64,000 nucleotides of DNA. Source: Deltaproteobacteria bacterium (lineage in GTDB: Bacteria; Myxococcota; Kuafuiibacteriia; Kuafuiibacteriales; Kuafuiibacteriaceae). Shown piece after piece: positions 57,241-64,000 of the stretch. The notes beneath the pieces were generated by a model, which did no database searches, was not told the DNA's origin, and saw only the letters and a list, made by a program, of their open reading frames with translations. The position numbers were made by a program, and so were the translations under genes. Location: positions 1 through 64,000 of the forward strand of contig JAVJQW010000043.1 of assembly GCA_040218735.1 (NCBI GenBank), written 5' to 3'. The stretch's first letter is position 1. Each line of letters begins with the position of its first letter.

Positions 57241-58271
57241 TGGCCACCCATGATCGCGCTGAACTTCTCGCGCAGCGTCTGGGACTGGTCGACCGCAGCG
57301 TGCACGAAGTCGTCGGTCCACTGGTACTTCGTGTCGAGGAGTTTCGGCAGCGGCGGCGCACCGGTCGGCGGTTCCAGCGTGTCGAACGGGGCGTGCATCA
57401 GACCGTCCACGATCTTCTCCTGCGCAGCCTTGGACAGCAGCACCTCGTACACCGCCCGCGCCGCGACCGGGTTCGGTCCCTTGGCGAGGAGCGCGATCGG
57501 GCCGGGGATGATCACCGCGCCTTCCTCCGGGAGCTTCCACTTCACCGGCGTGCCGCGCTTCTCGGCGGCGAGGACGTTTTCGAGGAGAACAAAACCGACG
57601 TGGTGCTCACCGCTCTCGAGGCGGGTGAGCGTCGACGAGTTGCCGCCCGATGCGATCGTGTTCACCGCTTTCATCCGCTGCATGACGTCCTCGCCGTGGG
57701 TGTGGACGAGGAATGCGAGCGTCGTGAACGTGGTTCCGGAACCGAGCGGGTCCGGCGTGGTGACACGTCCGACGAACCGCTCGTCGAAGAGATCCAAGAA
57801 GGTCCGCGGGACCTCATCGGGCTTCACGTGTTCCTCGTTGTACGCCAACACCATCGTCGAGATCCGCGACGTGACGAAGTAGCCGCGCGGGTCGACCAGC
57901 GTTCGTGGCATGGCGAGCGCGGGGATCGGCGCGAAGGCTGCGAGGTGCCGCTCCTCGGCGAGGCGCCGGTACCACAGCGGGTCGGACGTCATGACCAAGT
58001 CGGCGCTCGGGGTCCCGGCGGTGAGCTCCGCGTCGAGGCGCGTCGCGAGTTTTTCGCTGCCGCCCTGCAGCCACTCGACCTCGACCTCGGGCAGCGCCTC
58101 CGCGAGGATGGGCTTCATCGCGTCGATCACGTGGCGGTACATCGACGTGTAGACGGTGACGCGCCCGGTCGGTTGGGTGTCGGCGGCCTGCTGACGGACC
58201 CGAGGCGCGCCGACCTCGACGCGACACGCGGAGAGGACGAGGAGCCCGGTCACCACCAACACACGCGACAC
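57237..58271 (-). CDS. ABC transporter substrate-binding lipoprotein (Fe3+/thiamine-like class)
   Basis: Lipobox LSAC; VTVYTS, GGS..L..RL.AE, PDPLGSGT, PEEG. Confidence 0.9.
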   Translation of the reverse strand: MSRVLVVTGLLVLSACRVEVGAPRVRQQAADTQPTGRVTVYTSMYRHVIDAMKPILAEALPEVEVEWLQGGSEKLATRLDAELTAGTPSADLVMTSDPLWYRRLAEERHLAAFAPIPALAMPRTLVDPRGYFVTSRISTMVLAYNEEHVKPDEVPRTFLDLFDERFVGRVTTPDPLGSGTTFTTLAFLVHTHGEDVMQRMKAVNTIASGGNSSTLTRLESGEHHVGFVLLENVLAAEKRGTPVKWKLPEEGAVIIPGPIALLAKGPNPVAARAVYEVLLSKAAQEKIVDGLMHAPFDTLEPPTGAPPLPKLLDTKYQWTDDFVHAAVDQSQTLREKFSAIMGGH

Positions 58272-58360
58272 GCGCCCCTTGTTTCGGGTTTGGGAGCGGC
58301 GATCAAGCTCTCAGGTTCGGTTGACGGGTTCGCGGGGCCGCTGCTACGTGCCGAGGGCTG

Positions 58361-59974
58361 ATGTCGATGCGCTGGGTCATCTGTACGGTCCTGACGGCGC
58401 TGGCGGGCATCGCCTGTAAGAACGGCAAACAGGCCCCCTCGGCGGCGCAGGCGTCCCGAGGCTTCGAGCCCGCGCGCAAGGCCGAGATCTACTTCTCCAC
58501 GGAGGTCGCGGGGTACGTCGAGCCCTGCGGGTGCACGACCAAACCGCTCGGCGGCGTTCAGCGCCTCGCGACGGTCGTGCGGCGCGGGCACGAGCACCGC
58601 GCGGTCGTCGACGCCGGCAACCTGCTGTTCCCGCCCGACGGCGTGAACGACGTGACCCGTGAGCAGCACATCCTCAAGGCGAAGATCCTCGGCCGGGTGT
58701 ACCGGCAGCTCGGAGCGGTGGCGCTGAACGTGGGGCCGTCGGATCTCGCGGACGGCGCCGACTTCCTCCAGAACCTGCAGCAGGAGGGGGCGACGCCGTT
58801 CGTCTCGGCGAACGTGCGCCCCGCCGAGGAGACGGGGCCGACGATCGCGCGTTCGTTCGTGCGGAAGATCGGGGCGATCAAGGTCGGGTTCACCGGCGTC
58901 GCGCCGCCCGAGAAGATCGCGAGCACGAAGGCGGCCGTCACGGTCATCGAGTACGCGCCGGGTGTCGCGTCGGAGGTGAAGGTGCTGCGCGACGAGGGCG
59001 CAGAGGTCGTCGTGGTGCTCGCGCACCTGTCCCTCGTCGACGCGAAGGCGTTGGCGAAGGCGGTGCCGAACATCGACGTCATCCTCCGTGCGCCGGGGAC
59101 GCCGATCGAGCGTGACCCGGCGGGGCCCGTGCGCGAGGGCAAGGTGATCATCGCGGAGGCGGGCTCGCAGGGGCAGCACATCGGGCGCCTGACGCTCGCG
59201 TTCGGTGCGGACGCCCCGGAGCGTCCGCTGGTGCTCGACGACGCGGGTGCGGCGGAGCTCAAACGACGCCAGCTCGCGGAGCGGAAGATCCGCGCCTACC
59301 AGATGGAGGTCGACGCGTGGAGCGTGGACCCGAAGAAGGCCGAAGCGGTGAAGGCGAAGAAGGCGCAAATCGCGCAGATTCAGGCGGACCTCGATCGTCC
59401 GCTGCCACCGTCACCGCCGCCGTCGGGTCCGCACGTGCGCGTCGACATCGTGCGGCTCACGGAAGACATCCCTTCGGACCCGGCGATGACCAAGCTCCTC
59501 GAGGTCTACTACCGCGAGCTGCACGCGATGAACCTGACCAAAGGTGACACGGAAAAGTGCGCGCCGAAGGAAGGCGCTGCCACATTCGTCGGTACGGCCA
59601 AGTGTGTGGAGTGCCACGAGGAGGCCTACGCGTTCTGGAAGAAGACGAAGCATGCGAAGGCGTGGGCGACGCTCGAAGACGACGGCAAGCACTTCGATCT
59701 AACCTGCATCGGCTGCCACACCGTGGGGTACGAGCAGGCGGGCGGGTTCTGTCGGCTCGCGGACGTGAAGGGGTATGAGGACGTCGGGTGCGAGAACTGC
59801 CACGGGCCGGGCTCGATACACATCGAGGACCAGGACCCGTCGTCCATCGAGCTCGAGGCGCCCGAGTCGACGTGCGCCGACGGGTGTCACGTGCCCGAGC
59901 ACAGCGACGCGTTCGTCTACGAGAAGTACCTGCGTGAGATCACCGGACCGGGGCACGAGCTCGACGAGAGTTGA
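58361..59974 (+). CDS. Lipoprotein: 5'-nucleotidase-like (metallophosphoesterase fold) domain fused to a multiheme c-type (c554-like) cytochrome
   Basis: Lipobox GIAC; EPCGC, GGVQR, VDAGN, FVSAN, VVVLAH; CVECH, CIGCH, CENCH, CADGCH. Confidence 0.85.
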   Translation: MSMRWVICTVLTALAGIACKNGKQAPSAAQASRGFEPARKAEIYFSTEVAGYVEPCGCTTKPLGGVQRLATVVRRGHEHRAVVDAGNLLFPPDGVNDVTREQHILKAKILGRVYRQLGAVALNVGPSDLADGADFLQNLQQEGATPFVSANVRPAEETGPTIARSFVRKIGAIKVGFTGVAPPEKIASTKAAVTVIEYAPGVASEVKVLRDEGAEVVVVLAHLSLVDAKALAKAVPNIDVILRAPGTPIERDPAGPVREGKVIIAEAGSQGQHIGRLTLAFGADAPERPLVLDDAGAAELKRRQLAERKIRAYQMEVDAWSVDPKKAEAVKAKKAQIAQIQADLDRPLPPSPPPSGPHVRVDIVRLTEDIPSDPAMTKLLEVYYRELHAMNLTKGDTEKCAPKEGAATFVGTAKCVECHEEAYAFWKKTKHAKAWATLEDDGKHFDLTCIGCHTVGYEQAGGFCRLADVKGYEDVGCENCHGPGSIHIEDQDPSSIELEAPESTCADGCHVPEHSDAFVYEKYLREITGPGHELDES

Positions 59975-61454
59975 GCTGTTCGCGCTGACCGCGCTGTTCA
60001 TGAGCGCGTGTCGGTTGGGGGCGCCGTCGCCGATCGAGTCGACGGTGCCGCCGGTGGTGATCCACGAGCCCTTCTACGCGCCCGAGTCCGTGGAGCGGCT
60101 CGGCGATCTGTATGGCGCGACGGACACGGCTTCGACGGCGGAGATCTTCGTGGCGTTCGCGGAGGACGTCGCGGAGGACGTGCCGCTCGCGGGGGACGTC
60201 GTCGTTGCGCCGATCCTCGCGGTGACGGGTACCGTCGTCACGTACGACATCCCGATGTCCGACGACCCGCGCGTCGACGAGTGGGTCGAGTACCTCACGG
60301 GGCGTGGGCGGATCTGGTTCGAGCGATGGTTGGCGCGGTCGACGCGTTACGTGCCGATCTTCTGGCGGATCCTCGATCAGTACGGGCTCCCGAAGGACCT
60401 GGTGTTCCTCTCGATGATCGAGAGTGGTTTCTCGCCGCGCGCGTACTCTTGGGCGCACGCGGCGGGGGCGTGGCAGTTCATGCCGTTCACGGGGCGGCGC
60501 TTCGGATTGAAGATCGGGTTCTGGGTCGACGAGCGCCGTGACTTCGAGCGCGCGACGCACGCGGCGGCGCGGTTGTTGTCGGCGCTCTACGCGCAGTTCG
60601 ACGACTGGTTCCTCGCGTGGGCCGCGTACAACGCGGGGACGGGGCGAATGAACAAGGCGATCCGTCGCGCGCGGACGGAGGACTTCTGGAGGTTGTCGCG
60701 GACGTGGCACCTGAAGAAGGAGACGCGCCACTACGTGCCGAAGATGTTGGCGGCGGCGCGCATCTCGAAGTCGCCGACGGCGTACGGGTTCGAGGAGGTC
60801 GACTATCTGCCCGAGCTGGAGTGGGAAGTGCTGACGGTGACGGTGGCGACCGACCTGAAGACACTCGCCGCGGCGTGCGGCGAGGTGCAGCTCGAGCGGA
60901 TGCAGATGTTGAACCCGGAGCTGCGTTGTGACGTGACGCCGCCGGGGCGTCGTTATCCGGCGCGCGTCCCGCGCGGGGCGGCGAAGACTTGTGAGGCCGG
61001 GCTCGCGGCGTTGGGGGCGTCGCGGATGACGTACCGGCACCACGAAGTGCAGCGGAAGGATTCGCTCGAAACGATCGCGGCGACGTACCACACGACGACG
61101 GAGGCGATAAGTACATTCAATGGAATGAACGAGTTCGGCGTGCAGGCGTTCGACGAGATCATCGTGCCGGTTCCGATTGCGATGAACGATGTCGTTCCGA
61201 TCCGTGAGCCGCCGGATCGGCGCTACCGTCCTTCGAAGTACGGGCCGGAGGGCGCGCAGGTGATCACACACGTCGTGCGACGCGGCGAGTCGTTGTGGCG
61301 TATCGCGCGTCGGTACCGTGTGAGCCTCAAGAAGCTGCGGCTGTGGAACGGATTGTGGCGATCTTCGCGGCTCCGGATCGGGCAGAAGCTCAAGATCTAC
61401 CGCGGGGGTGGTGGGGCCCCGAGCGGGCCGAAGCGCCGTCGGCGCCGACTCTGA
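59934..61454 (+). CDS. mltD: Lytic murein transglycosylase D-like (SLT + 2 LysM); start uncertain
   Basis: SMIESGF, AAGAWQFM, AAYNAG, ETRHYVPK, LNPEL; LysM HVVRRGESLWRIARRY. Confidence 0.9.
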   Translation: MRSPDRGTSSTRVELFALTALFMSACRLGAPSPIESTVPPVVIHEPFYAPESVERLGDLYGATDTASTAEIFVAFAEDVAEDVPLAGDVVVAPILAVTGTVVTYDIPMSDDPRVDEWVEYLTGRGRIWFERWLARSTRYVPIFWRILDQYGLPKDLVFLSMIESGFSPRAYSWAHAAGAWQFMPFTGRRFGLKIGFWVDERRDFERATHAAARLLSALYAQFDDWFLAWAAYNAGTGRMNKAIRRARTEDFWRLSRTWHLKKETRHYVPKMLAAARISKSPTAYGFEEVDYLPELEWEVLTVTVATDLKTLAAACGEVQLERMQMLNPELRCDVTPPGRRYPARVPRGAAKTCEAGLAALGASRMTYRHHEVQRKDSLETIAATYHTTTEAISTFNGMNEFGVQAFDEIIVPVPIAMNDVVPIREPPDRRYRPSKYGPEGAQVITHVVRRGESLWRIARRYRVSLKKLRLWNGLWRSSRLRIGQKLKIYRGGGGAPSGPKRRRRRL

Positions 61455-61526
61455 TTCTCTAGTAGATCTAGCGTGTTATGTGGCCTGTGGACCGCAGACC
61501 CGCATGGCTTCAACGTTTGCGCGGGC

Positions 61527-61574
61527 CCCCAAGACCTTGGGGGTGGCGCGTTCGGGACCCTCCAGATGTTGTGT
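61527..61574. promoter_or_regulatory. Two NrdR-box-like palindromes 32 bp apart, just upstream of TTGACA (61583-61588)
   Basis: CCCCAAGACCTTGGGG (61527-61542) and CCTCCAGATGTTGTGT (61559-61574; reverse complement ACACAACATCTGGAGG) versus consensus acaCwAtATaTwGtgt. Confidence 0.55.
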
Positions 61575-61659
61575 TGTAGGGCTTGACAGACCCTAGGTCG
61601 GCCTTTAGAGGTCGACTTCAGGCGGGCCCGAGGGCCAGCCCCATAGGAGGTTCGAATCA

Positions 61660-61932
61660 ATGACGAAAGCAGAGCTCCTCGAGGCGATCGCAAAAGGTAA
61701 CCCCGAGCTGACCAAGAAGCAGGTGACCTCGGTCGTCGAGTCCGTGTTCTCGACCATGACCACGGCCATCAAGAAGCAGAAGAAGTTCTCGTACCCCGGC
61801 TTCGGCTCGTTCGAAGTCCGCACGCGCAAGGCGCGCATGGGCCGCAACCCGCAGACCGGTGAGACGATGAAGATCAAGGCGTCGAAGACGGTCGGCTTCA
61901 AGCCCGCGAAGGCCCTGAAGGACATCCTTTAG
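61660..61932 (+). CDS. hup: HU family DNA-binding protein
   Basis: MTKAELL, GFGSF, RKARMGRNPQTGE, FKPAKALK; AGGAGG RBS. Confidence 0.96.
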   Translation: MTKAELLEAIAKGNPELTKKQVTSVVESVFSTMTTAIKKQKKFSYPGFGSFEVRTRKARMGRNPQTGETMKIKASKTVGFKPAKALKDIL

Positions 61933-61984
61933 GCGCACGCACGAACTCGGTCCTCTTGCGGAGGACCAGGATGGCTCGTTAGGC

Positions 61985-62030
61985 GGGCCCCGGACCTTCG
62001 CGGTCCGGGGCCCTTTTTTTCGTTTTTTTT
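61985..62030 (+). terminator. Rho-independent terminator after hup
   Basis: 12-bp stem gggccccggacc / ggtccggggccc followed by T7-cg-T8. Confidence 0.92.
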
Positions 62031-62069
62031 GAAAGGACGTCCGAGCGGCTCGCGTAGGCCCCTTCGGCC

Positions 62070-64000
62070 GTGCTCGCCTGGACTTCACCTTCGCTGGGCT
62101 CCCGCGTGCCGATCGCGGCGTTGGCCGGGCTGGTCGCGGCGGTGGTTGGACTCGACGGTCCACCGCACACCTCGGCGCGTGCGCAGCTGCTGGGGTTCGT
62201 TGCGGTCGAGCGCGACGCGGATGGCTTGGTCTACGTCTTCGACGCCGAGCACACGCCGTTCGTCGTCGCGGACGCGGCGCCCGAACGTGTCGAGCTCGCG
62301 GCGGACGTGCTCCCGCATCCAAGCGATTGTTCTGCGCGCTGTCGCATCGACGTCACGTTCCCGAGTCGCGCCGAGCTGCAGACGTTCGTGGTCGACGACC
62401 ACATCTGGCGCGTTCGCGTCGTGCCCTCGCGGTGGCCATCGCTCGACGCTGCACGCGAGGCGGCGGACGCTGACCGTTGGGGCGACGCGTTCGCCGCGCT
62501 CGACGCCATCCGCCCCAAGGATCGGCTGGAGCGGATCGCCGTCGCGACGGCCGCCGCCTCGTTCGCGCGTCGACGCGGAGACACCGCCGGATACGTCGAA
62601 GCCGTCGAACGGTGGGGCCGCCTCGCCCGGCGCCTCGACGTCCCGAGCGAGGTGAGCCGCTCGCTCCGCACGCAGGCCTTCTTGGCGTTCTACCGCCGCG
62701 ACTTCGACGCGGTGTTTCCGCTCTTGGATCGCGCCGAGGTCATCGACGCCGACATCGCCAATACTTCGGGCCTCGTTCGCGCTGCCGCCTATCGCAGCCT
62801 GACGCTGCGAGAGCTCGGTCGTTTCCGCGACGGGATGCAAGTAGCCGAGGAAGGCCGACGCCTCGCGCTCGACGTCGGGCTCACGGAAGACGCGGGGACG
62901 CTCGGCGCCGCGATCGCGCGCATCGCGCTGCACTCGGGCGACTACACACGTGCGCTGAAGGAGCTCGACCTCGCCGCTGATCGCGTCGCGCCGCACGAGC
63001 GCGCAGGGGTGCTCGTCGAACGCGGCTGGACGCTCGCCTCTGCGATGGTCGCGGGCGCCATCGAGGTCGACTGGTCGAAGCCGCGCGCCGACTTCGAACG
63101 TGCGTTGCGCCTCGCGAGACGCGACGGCTTGCCGGTCCCGGAAGCCAACGCGCTCGTCGATCTCGCGTGGCTCGATCACCTCGAGGGTCGCGATGCCGCC
63201 GCGGCGCGCCTGCAGGGCCTCGATCTCGAAGCGCACCCCGTCGCGCAGGTCTTCGTGCAGATCGTGGTCGCCACGCGTGCGCGGGAGGAGGGGCGGTTAG
63301 CCGATGCCCGGGCGGGGTTCGAGCGGGCGCTCGCGATGGCGCACGCGGGCAGCGACGAGACCTCCAACCTGGCCTGGCGCGCGACGTACGGTCTCGCGAA
63401 GACCGCGGCGGCGGCGGGCGAAGACGCTCGCGCCGCACAGCTGTTCGATCGTGCGCTCGACGCGCTCGATCGCATCGCGCGCCACGTCGAGATCCATCGT
63501 GCGCGGGCGTTGTTCGCGCAGGATCGCGCGGGGCTCGTCGACGATGCCATCCGCGCTCACCTGTCGCGGGGTGACGTCGCTCGGGCGATGGTCGTGGCGG
63601 ATCGCGCGCGGCTCCTCGTGCTCGAACCGCTCGCATACCGCTCGGCGCTGGAGGGGCTGGACGAATCGCAGCGGTCGGCCTGGCGGCGCGCGGTCTTCGA
63701 CTACGAACGGACGCGCGGCATCTACGAACGGCGCGCGGGCGGGGCGGAGCTGATCCCCGCCTCCCGGCTCGACGCCTATCACCGCGAGACCGAGCGCCAG
63801 CGCGAAGAGCTCCAGGTGCGATTCGACGCGGCGACGGCGATCCTCGACGCGAGCGGCGTCGTCGCGGACTCGGTTCGACTCGGAACGGACGACATCACCG
63901 CCCGCGTCGGACCGGGCCAAGGGCTGCTCTACTTTCACGCCGCCGCCGACGGGACGTACGTCGCGTTCTTCGTGACCGAGGAGCGCATCGAATACGTGGT
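62070..64000 (+). CDS. TPR-repeat protein homologous to the TPR-CHAT at 38665; 3' partial, CHAT domain predicted beyond the window
   Basis: Manual translation is open from GTG 62070 to the window end; hydrophobic N-terminus; WRATYGLA..RALFAQDR..HLSRGDVARAM aligns with WSALVGIA..RTSFTDEM..HLDDGDLDAAM. Confidence 0.78.
   Translation, partial: MLAWTSPSLGSRVPIAALAGLVAAVVGLDGPPHTSARAQLLGFVAVERDADGLVYVFDAEHTPFVVADAAPERVELAADVLPHPSDCSARCRIDVTFPSRAELQTFVVDDHIWRVRVVPSRWPSLDAAREAADADRWGDAFAALDAIRPKDRLERIAVATAAASFARRRGDTAGYVEAVERWGRLARRLDVPSEVSRSLRTQAFLAFYRRDFDAVFPLLDRAEVIDADIANTSGLVRAAAYRSLTLRELGRFRDGMQVAEEGRRLALDVGLTEDAGTLGAAIARIALHSGDYTRALKELDLAADRVAPHERAGVLVERGWTLASAMVAGAIEVDWSKPRADFERALRLARRDGLPVPEANALVDLAWLDHLEGRDAAAARLQGLDLEAHPVAQVFVQIVVATRAREEGRLADARAGFERALAMAHAGSDETSNLAWRATYGLAKTAAAAGEDARAAQLFDRALDALDRIARHVEIHRARALFAQDRAGLVDDAIRAHLSRGDVARAMVVADRARLLVLEPLAYRSALEGLDESQRSAWRRAVFDYERTRGIYERRAGGAELIPASRLDAYHRETERQREELQVRFDAATAILDASGVVADSVRLGTDDITARVGPGQGLLYFHAAADGTYVAFFVTEERIEYV

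Noticed and set aside
62085-63938. Minus-strand ORFs listed in the track at the window end
   Set aside because: Shadows of the unlisted plus-strand TPR gene, which has host-like codon usage and homology to the 38.7-kb protein.

Overview
High-GC bacterial chromosomal window, probably Myxococcota. Evidence for that: a MYXO-CTERM-like tail, Cys-rich and TSP3/IPT lipoproteins, TPR-PEGA and FHA-kinase genes, and an extra Hsp70. About 48 tightly packed CDS were found. No rRNA, tRNA, CRISPR, integrase or transposase was seen. Housekeeping and transport genes include queG, mutS, an amidase, YqgE/AlgH, an RsmB-family methyltransferase, MltD, HU, a TPAT-type TRAP system and an Fe3+-type ABC transporter. 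The best candidate for an undescribed system is at 38.7-42.3 kb: a membrane-anchored TPR-CHAT (caspase-like) protease followed by two paralogous small exported proteins. A compositionally foreign segment (~38.93-41.53 kb) there has both ends in-frame inside genes and covers the protease body plus the partner's N-terminal Cys-rich segment. A C11 tract precedes the second partner, and a second homologous TPR protein starts at ~62.07 kb. Other notable items: a SulP-PTS EIIA fusion, a histone-H1-like tail fused to a receiver domain, a pair of AAA-less Fis-HTH paralogs, a diguanylate cyclase frameshifted inside GGEEF, tandem NrdR-like boxes upstream of HU, and a degenerate nucleotidase-multiheme cytochrome fusion. 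All calls come from manual motif reading; no database searches were run.
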